Below, piece after piece: positions 10,545 through 19,516 of a stretch of DNA of 64,000 nt. The stretch is from an uncultured Gammaproteobacteria bacterium. Its GTDB lineage: Bacteria > Patescibacteriota > Microgenomatia > Levybacterales > GWA1-39-11. A program made the position numbers and the translations under genes. The notes beneath the pieces are model-generated. The model saw only the letters and a list, made by a program, of their open reading frames with translations. It was not told the origin of the DNA and did no database searches. Each line of letters opens with the position of its first letter. Within the stretch, counting starts at the first letter, position 1. The stretch spans positions 18,756 to 82,755 of the forward strand of contig CAYRKM010000001.1 in the NCBI GenBank assembly GCA_964425075.1, written 5' to 3'.

Positions 10545-10617
10545 CGCCAGCGAGAGGAGTCGAACCTCCAACCTTTCCCTTAGGACGGGACTGCTCTATC
10601 CATTGAGCTACGCCGGC
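10545..10617 (-). tRNA. tRNA-Arg(CCT)
   Basis: Cloverleaf GCCGGCG/CGCTGGC; anticodon loop GT-CCT-AA; T loop TTCGACT; CCA not encoded. Confidence 0.92.
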
Positions 10618-10622
10618 AAATG

Positions 10623-10681
10623 TAGGACGGGCCTGTTCTACCTTTGCGAAGCAAAGTCGACCTGCGTTGAGCTACAGGGGC
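10623..10681 (-). pseudogene. 5' half of a second tRNA-Arg(CCT) with a hairpin inserted in the D loop
   Basis: GCCCCTGTAGCTCAA[CGCAGGTCGACTTTGCTTCGCAAA]GGTAGAACAGGCCCGTCCTA. Confidence 0.7.
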
Positions 10682-10747
10682 ATTAATGTATTTTACCATG
10701 GATATGTTAAGTTTGATTTTTTTCATTTCACCACTATAATTCTTTCC

Positions 10748-11302
10748 ATGACTGGCGAAAGAGATTCAAACCCTCAAATTGATGATCCTCAAGGATTCCT
10801 AGCAAGACCTTTTACTGAAATTGAAATTGGAACACTTTTGGAAAACCCAACTTTAGATTTTCTAAAGTGGCTTCCTACAATTCCTGAAGAAACAGGTCTT
10901 GTATATATTGCACCTAAATGGGCGGTTATTAAAGCAAGCAAAAGAGGTGTGCCCTCCTGGACAATGCCAAAATATTCAGATGTACTTATTCATTCACATC
11001 CTGGTGGAACAGAATTTTTTCTTCCGAGTCCCCAGGACATTATGAATTGCTCCCCAACTGCAAAGAATTTGATAATATCCTCAGGCGGAGTTACTCAATA
11101 TTGCGCTCAAGATAGTATGAGCCCTGAGGAATTACAATTACTGCAAAGGAGAATGGCAGAGGATAATCCCGACAAAGATGATGTTTATCTGGCTTATAAA
11201 TTTCTTGAGAGAGTTGGAATACAATACAGCTTTACATCTTGGGAAGAAATGGATCAGGAAACATTGGACGTATTATTGTATGAAAACCTTCATCAGTATT
11301 AA
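10748..11302 (+). CDS. Hypothetical protein with a JAB/JAMM-like HSHP...SPQD motif
   Basis: HxH-x9-SxxD; TATAAT 7 nt before the ATG. Confidence 0.6.
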   Translation: MTGERDSNPQIDDPQGFLARPFTEIEIGTLLENPTLDFLKWLPTIPEETGLVYIAPKWAVIKASKRGVPSWTMPKYSDVLIHSHPGGTEFFLPSPQDIMNCSPTAKNLIISSGGVTQYCAQDSMSPEELQLLQRRMAEDNPDKDDVYLAYKFLERVGIQYSFTSWEEMDQETLDVLLYENLHQY

Positions 11303-11347
11303 ATTTTATCCTTTGACGAAGTGCTGAGCTTTGCCTATAATACGCCC

Positions 11348-12472
11348 ATGACGCAAGAAGCAAACAGTGGTGACCAATTCCATTATGATGGATTACCGTT
11401 ACCAATATTTCGTCCTGCAAATGAAATTCTCCGCCCGGATTATTCGGACCCTCAAAAACCAGTTTTTCCCTCAATTAGCGAACTTGTAGCAAATCTCACG
11501 CCAGAGGATGTACAAGAGCTCATTGCCCTGTATGATATTTCGAATGCTCTACAAACCTACTTCCAAGTGGAAACCTCCTCAGAAGGTGTTAGTTATTTTG
11601 TTTTAGCAAGAGATAGAATTCAGCAAGATGGAGATCTGGGGGGAGGTGTTTTTGCTTCAGATTTTGGCATATATTCTGATATGTATCCAAGAGAAATTAA
11701 AACAGGAACAGTTACAGAACTGCGAGTACTACTAAGTGATAATTCTATTTCAGTTGGGGAATTTGTAAGGACTCTACCTGTTGAAACAATTTTTAAAGAA
11801 GATACCCCAAATGGATCGTCCCCTGAGGCAGAAAGAGATCTCAGAGAGCACATCCAAAAAGCAATGTCTGACACGATAACCGAAGAAGATATCGACGCAA
11901 TAGGATATGAGATACTAAAAGACTACAAAAATGCTGCGTTTAATTTAGTAGATATGCTAGCATTTTCAAAAAATAGTCGCATTGCCTTTGAGATGTTAAG
12001 AAAAGCTGAGGCTTTGGCAAAGGCTGGCGGGTTTGAGTTGAATTACGCTACGGTAGCAAAATCTTTTGCCGATTTTCATGAATTGTCGTACGGAAAAAAT
12101 TTGGCCGCATTAGATGAATATTTTGAGTCTCGCCGACCCTTTGATTTTCCAACCTTTAGACAAGATGGTACTACTTTAATGCTTGCTTATCTAACTGATG
12201 CTCTTGAATCAGCAGAATTGCTAGGAAAGGATACAAGCTTTGTGGGTAAATATTTTGATGCGCTTTTCCCACAAATACTTGAGATTCTCAAACAAGACTT
12301 TAAGGAATTAAGACTACAAGAAGCATCCGGAAAAGATATATTACAAAGTGCTGGAAGATATACTCACAATAGATTGCAACTGATAAAATTGGCAAAAGCG
12401 GCTGGGAAACATGAAGAGGTAAATAGATTTTTAGACAAAATGGAAACAACTGTTCCCCTTTCTTTTAACTAA
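11348..12472 (+). CDS. Hypothetical protein
   Basis: Long ORF; TATAAT just before the ATG. Confidence 0.7.
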   Translation: MTQEANSGDQFHYDGLPLPIFRPANEILRPDYSDPQKPVFPSISELVANLTPEDVQELIALYDISNALQTYFQVETSSEGVSYFVLARDRIQQDGDLGGGVFASDFGIYSDMYPREIKTGTVTELRVLLSDNSISVGEFVRTLPVETIFKEDTPNGSSPEAERDLREHIQKAMSDTITEEDIDAIGYEILKDYKNAAFNLVDMLAFSKNSRIAFEMLRKAEALAKAGGFELNYATVAKSFADFHELSYGKNLAALDEYFESRRPFDFPTFRQDGTTLMLAYLTDALESAELLGKDTSFVGKYFDALFPQILEILKQDFKELRLQEASGKDILQSAGRYTHNRLQLIKLAKAAGKHEEVNRFLDKMETTVPLSFN

Positions 12473-13068
12473 TTATCCTCTTCTATATCAACTACATGGC
12501 GCCTAAGCATCTTTTCTTCGACGTCGGCATTTGGCAAAAGTTCCTTTAGGATTTTGTAATATTTTAGCGGGTTATGAATAAGGTAAAGATATATATCTTG
12601 TTCATTTGCCCAGTCATACAACTTTAGGGTTCCATAATTAAATATTCTTCCAAATATTCCTTGCTCCATTTTTAGAGAACCTATATGCTCAAGAGTAAAT
12701 CGTTCTTCTCTTTTTATAATGAATCCTTTCCTATGATAGACTTCATTTGTTGTGATTTCATAATATTCCTCTAACCACAAGACAATTACATAAATCATCA
12801 CAATGCTTTTAATCAAAACTGCAAGAAGAAAAATTGGCAAATTAAAAACAGCAATTTCTGTAGGTATCCTTTGAATTAAACCTGAAGAGATTACAAAAAT
12901 ATAATAAGTAACAAGACATGCTGCTGCAAAAAATTCCAAAACAAAAAGCTTTAGAACAAGGAAAAAAATACTTTGGCGAATTGTAATGTGGGTTACAACA
13001 ATTTTTCTACCTTTTTCCTTTTTCTCTGTTTTTTCCCCAAATTCAATAACTTTTTCTGTAAGATTCAT
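12469..13068 (-). CDS. Membrane protein with a bacterial PH domain
   Basis: Two TMs then YEITT...QGIFGRIFNYGTL. Confidence 0.75.
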   Translation of the reverse strand: MNLTEKVIEFGEKTEKKEKGRKIVVTHITIRQSIFFLVLKLFVLEFFAAACLVTYYIFVISSGLIQRIPTEIAVFNLPIFLLAVLIKSIVMIYVIVLWLEEYYEITTNEVYHRKGFIIKREERFTLEHIGSLKMEQGIFGRIFNYGTLKLYDWANEQDIYLYLIHNPLKYYKILKELLPNADVEEKMLRRHVVDIEEDN

Positions 13069-13071
13069 AAT

Positions 13072-13878
13072 TTATGATAACAACACACCCCCATCCACAA
13101 CAATTTGAGTACCAGTTATATAACTGGCCATATCAGACGCAAGGAAGAGAACAACTTTTCCTATGTCATCTGGCTCACCCATCCTTCCCATCGGAATTTT
13201 CTGTAGAAATTTTTTCATGATTTCCTCCTGATTGGTGTTTGTTGTTGCTGGATGATCTGATTGCAATTTCTTTACACCCTCTGTCAAAATTCCACCAGGA
13301 GCTACCGCATTTACCCAAATTTTATGTGGTGCCAACTCTAATGCTACATTTTTTGTAAATCCCCAAACCCCATGCTTTGAAGCATCATAATGCGCAAGAC
13401 CTACTGAAGAAGGATGAAGAGCATCAATTGAAGTTATGTTAATAATTCTTCCACCTCTCCCTTGCTCTTTCATTTTTTCAGAAACATATTTGGTACATAG
13501 AAAAACACCCTTTAAATTAACCGACAAAACGTTTTCAAAATCCGAAAGAGTCATTTGACTAACTGGAATTGAAGGGTAAATGCCTGCGTTATTTATCAAA
13601 ATATCTACGCCTCCAAATAAAGATATGGTTTTCTCTACCATTTCCCTAACGCTTTCCTCTTTTGAAACATCGGTCAAGAAACCTGTTGCCTTATACCCCA
13701 ACGCCTCAATTTTCTCGACTGAATCTGTTACCTCCTCTTCGTCTCTACTTGCAATTACAACCTTAGCACCTGCTTCTGCGAGTCTATAAGCTATTCCATA
13801 ACCAATTCCAACTGCACCGGTAACAATTGCTACTTTTCCTGTAAGATCAAGTAATTTTTCTTTTGGAGTTATATTCAC
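13072..13878 (-). CDS. SDR family oxidoreductase
   Basis: TGAVGIG, NNAG, YDASK, VVDGG. Confidence 0.93.
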   Translation of the reverse strand: MNITPKEKLLDLTGKVAIVTGAVGIGYGIAYRLAEAGAKVVIASRDEEEVTDSVEKIEALGYKATGFLTDVSKEESVREMVEKTISLFGGVDILINNAGIYPSIPVSQMTLSDFENVLSVNLKGVFLCTKYVSEKMKEQGRGGRIINITSIDALHPSSVGLAHYDASKHGVWGFTKNVALELAPHKIWVNAVAPGGILTEGVKKLQSDHPATTNTNQEEIMKKFLQKIPMGRMGEPDDIGKVVLFLASDMASYITGTQIVVDGGVLLS

Positions 13879-13908
13879 TACAATTTCATTCTTGCAGATA
13901 ACTTTGCC

Positions 13909-14781
13909 TCATGCAATACCGGCAAATTTTTTAAGACTGCTAGAAACTTCTTTTGGCTTTTCCAATGACACAACATGCCCTGCATCCTCTACCCACATAA
14001 GACGAATGTTTTCCTTTTCAGTTTTTATTCTGACAGCCTCAGAAAGGTCAATTAACTTATCAAATCTGCCCAAAATAATAAGCGTTCGCACTGTTAATTT
14101 TCGCATCTCGCGCTCCATATGAAAGTTATACATAGCCTTTCCCATTTCAAAAAGCGCATTTTTTTTGATTTTCTGCCTTCCACGAAGGCCATACTTGTTT
14201 ATTAGGTCCTTATTATATCTATACATATTCATATATTTTGCAGTTAAATGCCCATACCAATAATTACTCATCATTTTTTTCCCAATGCTTTTATTAATTC
14301 CATTTGAATTGAAAAAGAGGATCATATTCCTATACATTTTTGAAGGCAGCCAGTCGTATTTGATAATAGGAGGCCCAATTAAAACTAGTTTTTTAAGTAA
14401 TTCGGGATATTTATTTGCAAAACTTACACCAATTACTGTTCCCATCGAAAGACAACAAACAATATCTGCCTTTCTATCCAATTTCTTAAGCAATAAAGCC
14501 ACTGCATCAGCAACTCTTTCAACCGAATACTCCCCCTTTAGCTCTTCAGAGTCTCCATATCCTGGAAGATCAAGGGCTAATATATGAAATCCCGAAAGCT
14601 CCTTCATGAAAGGGACAAAACCTGACCAATCATTATTCCAACCATGAATTAATACAAGAAGAGGTCCACTACCATACTCTATATAATGCAGTTCTCTTTC
14701 ATCAATATCGACCTTATGATGAATAACTTCTTTTTCTAATTCGTCAATATAATAATTTCTTTTCTTACTAAAACCAAACAT
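13909..14781 (-). CDS. Alpha/beta hydrolase
   Basis: LIHGW, DLPGYG, LSMG, AGH. Confidence 0.88.
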   Translation of the reverse strand: MFGFSKKRNYYIDELEKEVIHHKVDIDERELHYIEYGSGPLLVLIHGWNNDWSGFVPFMKELSGFHILALDLPGYGDSEELKGEYSVERVADAVALLLKKLDRKADIVCCLSMGTVIGVSFANKYPELLKKLVLIGPPIIKYDWLPSKMYRNMILFFNSNGINKSIGKKMMSNYWYGHLTAKYMNMYRYNKDLINKYGLRGRQKIKKNALFEMGKAMYNFHMEREMRKLTVRTLIILGRFDKLIDLSEAVRIKTEKENIRLMWVEDAGHVVSLEKPKEVSSSLKKFAGIA

Positions 14782-14899
14782 ACAATTAGTATTGAGTATT
14801 TAGAATTAAGTATCAAGAGCTTATGATTTTTATATTTAAAACAAGGAGGATCTTCCCATTCCTCATTTTGGAAATCAAGTATGTATTATCTTTTGCAAC

Positions 14900-15062
14900 T
14901 GAAACAAAGAGCGTAAAGATTTTCCGACTGCAGCAAAGGCGGGGGATTCCTCACAAACTTGTTGAGGAGGGGGTGAAATCACACCCTTTGCAAAGGAGGA
15001 AAATTAGCTCGACTTTCATTGCAAAGAACTTTTGCTTCTTTTGTCGGCACAAAAGAAGAAGA
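14900..15062 (+). repeat. Structured intergenic element ending in CTTTTGCTTCTTTTGTCGGCACAAAAGAAG
   Basis: Several hairpins; terminal hairpin resembles the one at 34311-34343. Confidence 0.4.
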
Positions 15063-15068
15063 GAATAA

Positions 15069-15830
15069 TCATATCTCCAATTCCGCAACTAGTGGCATGT
15101 GATCACTTACATCAACCTGTGGCTGATTTTTTCCTATAACCTTTATATTGGGCGTTACAAAAATCATATCAACTACTGCCGTTGCAAAACCAGGGTCTTC
15201 TTTGTACTTCATATTAAAAGTTGATGTAAGGGTAGTACCAAAAATATTTTTTACATTTAACTGCTCTTCTAAATTTTCTACAAATTCAGTATCAGGATTT
15301 AGATTGGTATCCCCTGCCAAAATTATTCTTTCTTTCCCTTTTGCAGCTTTTACAATAACATCAAGCATTCTAAAACGCTCAGGAGTATCTCTTCCAAGCT
15401 CTGCCCAGATCCCGTGCCAATTGTATAACCAAACTTTTTTACCCTCAATTTCGACATATGACTCAAGCATTCCTTCGGGAATTTCCTTTGCATATGGATC
15501 TTGAATCATCAAGTTGTGCTCCTTTAGTTGACTGTCAAAAAAATAAACTTTCTCACCAATCAGCGGAAATTTTGAAAAAATAGCATCCCCTTGAGGTGAT
15601 TTTGTTGTGGTATCGATTACCTTGGGACCAAATGTGTGATAGGCAAGATTGGGAAATTCTTTTGCAAAAAGGCTTACGGTTCTATATCTTTTTTCAAGAT
15701 TCTGATCAGGACTGTTATAAATTTCCTGAAAAAAAGCAATGTCAGGGTTTTCTTTGTGGATGAACTCAACGAGGTTGTCCCAAACAAGACCTCCATGCCA
15801 AACATTAAGAGTTAGAAATTTTATTTGCAT
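15069..15830 (-). CDS. Endonuclease/exonuclease/phosphatase family protein
   Basis: TLNV, FQE, GDTN, VDMIF, SDH. Confidence 0.88.
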   Translation of the reverse strand: MQIKFLTLNVWHGGLVWDNLVEFIHKENPDIAFFQEIYNSPDQNLEKRYRTVSLFAKEFPNLAYHTFGPKVIDTTTKSPQGDAIFSKFPLIGEKVYFFDSQLKEHNLMIQDPYAKEIPEGMLESYVEIEGKKVWLYNWHGIWAELGRDTPERFRMLDVIVKAAKGKERIILAGDTNLNPDTEFVENLEEQLNVKNIFGTTLTSTFNMKYKEDPGFATAVVDMIFVTPNIKVIGKNQPQVDVSDHMPLVAELEI

Positions 15831-15855
15831 GAATTCATTATATAATACAGGTCAC

Positions 15856-16539
15856 ATGGAAGGAATATTTGGAGTTTACAAGACCCGCGGCATGACGTCA
15901 CACGATGTTGTTGCAATCATAAGACGCAAAACTAATGTTAAGCGTGTCGGTCATGGCGGTACTTTGGACCCCTTAGCAGAAGGTGTTCTTGTAATTGCAG
16001 TTGGACGCGAGAACACAAAACTACTCGATACATACGTTAAAGGAGAAAAGGAATATATTGCAGAAATCTTTCTTGGAGCCAATTCCACCACAGATGACGC
16101 GGAAGGAGAGATAAAAAAGGTAAACTCTAAAGTCATGCCTAAAATGGACAAAGTTAAAGAAGTGAGTAAATTATTTACTGGAGAGGTGATGCAAACCCCT
16201 CCCATCTACTCATCCGTGAAAATAGCGGGAAAACCTGCGCACCGTCGCGTAAGACGTGGAGAAAAAGTAAAACTCGAACCACGAAAAGTCAAAATTCACT
16301 CAATTGAAATTCTTGACTATCAATTTCCTGTTTTAAAACTGAAAGTTACAACAGGACCAGGAGTTTATATCCGCTCCCTTGCACGAGACATCGGAGAGCA
16401 GCTTGGAACGGGCGGTTATCTAACGAGCTTAATTAGAACAAGGGTTAATAATTTCACAATTGATGAGGCTATAAAACTTAATAATTCCGACTTTAGGCAA
16501 GAAAAAAAGCCCTCAGGCCAAGACACAAAAAGCGCGTGA
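15856..16539 (+). CDS. truB: tRNA pseudouridine(55) synthase
   Basis: TSHDVV, GHGGTLDPLAEG, GVYIRSLARDIG. Confidence 0.95.
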   Translation: MEGIFGVYKTRGMTSHDVVAIIRRKTNVKRVGHGGTLDPLAEGVLVIAVGRENTKLLDTYVKGEKEYIAEIFLGANSTTDDAEGEIKKVNSKVMPKMDKVKEVSKLFTGEVMQTPPIYSSVKIAGKPAHRRVRRGEKVKLEPRKVKIHSIEILDYQFPVLKLKVTTGPGVYIRSLARDIGEQLGTGGYLTSLIRTRVNNFTIDEAIKLNNSDFRQEKKPSGQDTKSA

Positions 16540-16614
16540 TGCAATGCATATCTGCATCAGTACTGGTTGGTCCAACGACCCTCGGGCTTTGCCCGTTGAA
16601 TTCTTGTTTGTATC

Positions 16615-16672
16615 TTGCAAGAGGTAGACGCACTCAGCGTCGTTCGGGCTCCGCGCCCGCTTGCCACCACTA
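16615..16672 (-). ncRNA. 58-nt structured motif, copy 3 (diverged, covarying stems)
   Basis: TAGTGGTGGCAAGC-GGGC/GCCC-GACGC/GCGTC-TACCTCTTGCAA. Confidence 0.6.
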
Positions 16673-16679
16673 AGTCGCT

Positions 16680-17009
16680 TCAAACCGAGTGACTCTCGAT
16701 GTACGTAATCACGACCTCAGATGGGTCGTCTAGAACTGTCGCAAACATCCCATAGATCTCCTTCTTCAGACCAAGAAGTGCCTCTCTGTCACCCATGTAT
16801 TCCGCGGAAACATAGATCCTTAAGGGCACTCTGGCAAGGTCATCTTGTCCTGTTGGCCAGAACAAGATTTCCACCATCCTTGGTGACACGAAGAAAGCCC
16901 TGCGTGCACCGAGCTGAGTTGCCACCGTATGCGTCAACCACTCCCGCACCTGAACTCTGTCCAGGTTGATGCGGTCTGGGTTGTATCTAACCACTACTGT
17001 TATCATCAC
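16680..17009 (-). CDS. GC-rich small protein, possibly tautomerase/MIF-like fold
   Basis: AAAGGAG SD; beta-alpha-beta pattern; distant paralog of 17106-17438. Confidence 0.65.
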   Translation of the reverse strand: MMITVVVRYNPDRINLDRVQVREWLTHTVATQLGARRAFFVSPRMVEILFWPTGQDDLARVPLRIYVSAEYMGDREALLGLKKEIYGMFATVLDDPSEVVITYIESHSV

Positions 17010-17039
17010 GCACTCCTTTCAGGGCTTTACGAACACATG

Positions 17040-17097
17040 TTGCAAGTGGTAGGGTTTTTGACCCACTCAGGCCTTAACGGCCCGCTTGCCACCACTA
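17040..17097 (-). ncRNA. 58-nt structured motif, copy 2
   Basis: 56/58 identical to 17476-17533. Confidence 0.65.
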
Positions 17098-17105
17098 GAT
17101 CCCAC

Positions 17106-17438
17106 TTAGAACATCTCCGACTTGATCAGCACAATCCTGACGTGTTGTTCGGAGAAGCCCGGAAGGACTGCAACCACATCCTCCTTGAGTCGCCTCGCCA
17201 GATCCTCAGAACGACGGACGCCGTGGTCAACCAGAAGGCTGACGACGAAATGGATGTTTGGGTGTAACCTGTCGGATTCCCAATCGATCCTGCTGAAGAA
17301 AACTGCCACGTCCTCCGGACGAACCGGTTTTCCTCCTGCGAAAAAGTGGCCTGCCACGACGCGGCGAATTGCCTCAGCCCTCTCGCCGAAAGGAGCAAAC
17401 GACTGTGGCTTGTAATGAACCTCTACCTGAATTTTCAT
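17106..17438 (-). CDS. GC-rich small protein, possibly tautomerase/MIF-like fold
   Basis: AAGGGAG SD before MKIQVEV. Confidence 0.65.
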   Translation of the reverse strand: MKIQVEVHYKPQSFAPFGERAEAIRRVVAGHFFAGGKPVRPEDVAVFFSRIDWESDRLHPNIHFVVSLLVDHGVRRSEDLARRLKEDVVAVLPGFSEQHVRIVLIKSEMF

Positions 17439-17475
17439 GGATCTTACTCCCTTCAGAGTTTCACGGACACGTGTT

Positions 17476-17533
17476 TTGCAAGTGGTAGGGTTTTTGACCC
17501 ACTCAGGCCTTAACGGCTGGCTTGCCACCACTA
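17476..17533 (-). ncRNA. 58-nt structured motif, copy 1
   Basis: TAGTGGTGGCAAGCCAGCCGTTAAGGCCTGAGTGGGTCAAAAACCCTACCACTTGCAA. Confidence 0.65.
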
Positions 17534-17542
17534 GACCTGGGT

Positions 17543-17698
17543 TTACCTTTTGCGATATCGGCAGATGTCGCAAAAGATCTTGTGGTCAAAGATGGGATGA
17601 GGAGCAGTGCCCTCACCTCCACAATTTCCACATCCAGGATCTGGTTTTGAGGTCGGGGCTCCGCGCCCCGCCTCAAGCAGTTTCACTTCGTCATCCAT
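17543..17698 (-). CDS. Small zinc-binding peptide (CGNC...CDIC), 51 aa
   Basis: AGGAGAAG SD before MDDEVK. Confidence 0.55.
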   Translation of the reverse strand: MDDEVKLLEAGRGAPTSKPDPGCGNCGGEGTAPHPIFDHKIFCDICRYRKR

Positions 17699-17706
17699 AA
17701 CTTCTC

Positions 17707-17964
17707 CTATTCTCTTGTGGTTAGCTCTGACCATTTCATGACCAGAACAGTCCAACCGACCATTAAGGCCAGTAAGACCCTCTCCATCATTGGATCCGTG
17801 TAGTTGATTATCGTAGCCCAGGGAAGGACTAAGAGAATCAACATGTAGAAGGCGTAGGCCATCCAGCCCCGCCAACCATACTTCCACTCTGAGGCAAGTA
17901 TGATCGTTGAAACCAGAAGGTATGCTGCCACACCTCCGGACCAATACCAGAAGGACTCCGGCAT
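17707..17964 (-). CDS. Small three-TM membrane protein
   Basis: AAAGGTGA SD before MPESFWYW; hydrophobic. Confidence 0.65.
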   Translation of the reverse strand: MPESFWYWSGGVAAYLLVSTIILASEWKYGWRGWMAYAFYMLILLVLPWATIINYTDPMMERVLLALMVGWTVLVMKWSELTTRE

Positions 17965-18098
17965 GGTTATCACCTTTCTAGAGTAAACGCGTGTGGTTTT
18001 GATCCGGCCGCAGCCGAACCTTATAGCACTTTGTAGGCGCCTTTCTGACCACACAAAAGATGATCACAAAAGCGCCCACAAAAATACACAAACAAGAA

Positions 18099-18123
18099 TT
18101 TTCAATGAACGGGTGAAATTATA
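18099..18123 (-). promoter_or_regulatory. -10 TATAAT and boxA-like GTTCATTGAAAA of GC-rich unit B
   Basis: TGGTATAAT extended -10 followed by a boxA-like motif. Confidence 0.6.
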
Positions 18124-18170
18124 CCAAAAAAAGAGTGGAATTAATGATTTGGAGTCAAACTTTCAAATAT

Positions 18171-18632
18171 TTAACGCTCATCATCAGCGTAAACATAAAA
18201 TAGATCTTTTTTCTCCCAATTATAAATTTCTTCTTTTCCAAACAATAATCCTAATTCCTTATCTGCGGCTTCTTTATGCTCTGAAGCATGAATAAGATTG
18301 AGTTGTTGACTCATAGCGAAGTCGCCTCGAATTGTACCCACTTCAGCCTCTCGAGCTTTTGTAATACCTATCATTTTTCTTACGGTTGAAATTGCATCAG
18401 TTCCCTGCCAAACCATCGCAACAACTGGATAACTTTGCATATAGTTTTTAAGTCCTGGAAAAAAGGGTTTGTCTTTGTGATGTGCATACCATTCATCAAG
18501 CAATTCATCTGAAAGGTTAACCATCTTTAACCCTACCAAATGAAGACCTTTTCGCTCAAATCGGTGAATAATCTCACCAATAAGCCCTCTTTGTACGCCA
18601 TCGGGTTTTACAAGTACAATAGTCCTTTCCAT
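18171..18632 (-). CDS. ndk: Nucleoside diphosphate kinase
   Basis: ERTIVLVKPDGVQRGL, GTIRGDF, NLIHAS. Confidence 0.96.
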   Translation of the reverse strand: MERTIVLVKPDGVQRGLIGEIIHRFERKGLHLVGLKMVNLSDELLDEWYAHHKDKPFFPGLKNYMQSYPVVAMVWQGTDAISTVRKMIGITKAREAEVGTIRGDFAMSQQLNLIHASEHKEAADKELGLLFGKEEIYNWEKKDLFYVYADDER

Positions 18633-18635
18633 AAA

Positions 18636-18698
18636 TTAAATATAAACTTGCAATTTGTACTTGCAAGCTTTGCTTACTAATACTACTGTTCTTTCCAT
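18636..18698 (-). pseudogene. Duplicate ndk 5' end forming a 20-codon in-frame uORF (MERTVVLV...)
   Basis: Matches ndk MERTIVLV with different codons; 66 nt upstream. Confidence 0.7.
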
Positions 18699-18794
18699 AT
18701 GTGTATCATACAAACCTTCAAGTCAAAAATCAATCAATAAATTCTATCAAGACTTTTTGGTTTGAGTGAGTATAAATATCACCGTAAGAAGTCT

Positions 18795-19469
18795 TTAGTT
18801 CTTAGCAAATTCAGCAATTTTCCTGTAAGTTGCCCGAATTCGAAGGTGAAGGTTGTTGTGTCCCAGTGTTAGCAACGTTACCGAATGTGTTTTTGGTAGA
18901 ACTGACCCACCTGGCACCATTTCATCATATTTTGCTTGAATGCAAAAAATTCTTTCAGGGTGAAGAATATTCATATTTTTTATTTTTTGAATAAGCTTGC
19001 TGTTTGGGAATAATTCCCGCCCAGAATGAGTAAACGAAACAAAAAATGAGGCCCATGTACCCTGAAAAGGCGCACCAATTGCGATAAATTTGTCCACTCG
19101 CCTCCATCCCTCATGTTCCTGAAGGTACAAAAGCGAAGTAAGAGCACCACCACTAATTCCTACAAGCACTATATCCTTACAGCTATGCTTCTCCAAATAT
19201 TCTTTTAATTGTGCTGCACTTTTCTCAAAATTGCCGTTTTGTAAGGGGAAATTTTTTATAAGAACCCGAAAACCTTTTCTTTCTAGATAATATTTCCAAT
19301 ACAAATGCTTTATGTTAAATGTCAGCCAACGCTCGACGATAACAATGGTTTTTCCTTCTTTCTTTCCTTCAAACCGGCTTTTCGGGATGAAATTTACCAA
19401 AATTCCAGAAATGGGATAAATACAAATAAGAAAAACTTCACTTACAAGGTCTGACAATAACTTCAGCAT
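18795..19469 (-). CDS. Lipase-like alpha/beta hydrolase
   Basis: GISGG nucleophile elbow, GAPFQG, DEMV, GH. Confidence 0.8.
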   Translation of the reverse strand: MLKLLSDLVSEVFLICIYPISGILVNFIPKSRFEGKKEGKTIVIVERWLTFNIKHLYWKYYLERKGFRVLIKNFPLQNGNFEKSAAQLKEYLEKHSCKDIVLVGISGGALTSLLYLQEHEGWRRVDKFIAIGAPFQGTWASFFVSFTHSGRELFPNSKLIQKIKNMNILHPERIFCIQAKYDEMVPGGSVLPKTHSVTLLTLGHNNLHLRIRATYRKIAEFAKN

Positions 19470-19516
19470 TAATTCATTGTATCAGAGCGTCCTTCTTTTT
19501 TTGGTATACTCTAAAC

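Noticed and set aside
16615-17533. Integron attC sites
   Set aside because: No RYYYAAC/GTTRRRY ends and no integrase in the window.
16592-18113. Clamp arms as transposon terminal inverted repeats
   Set aside because: The arms differ in every unit, lie inside the promoter-terminator span, include G-U pairs in unit F, and no transposase or evident target duplication is present.
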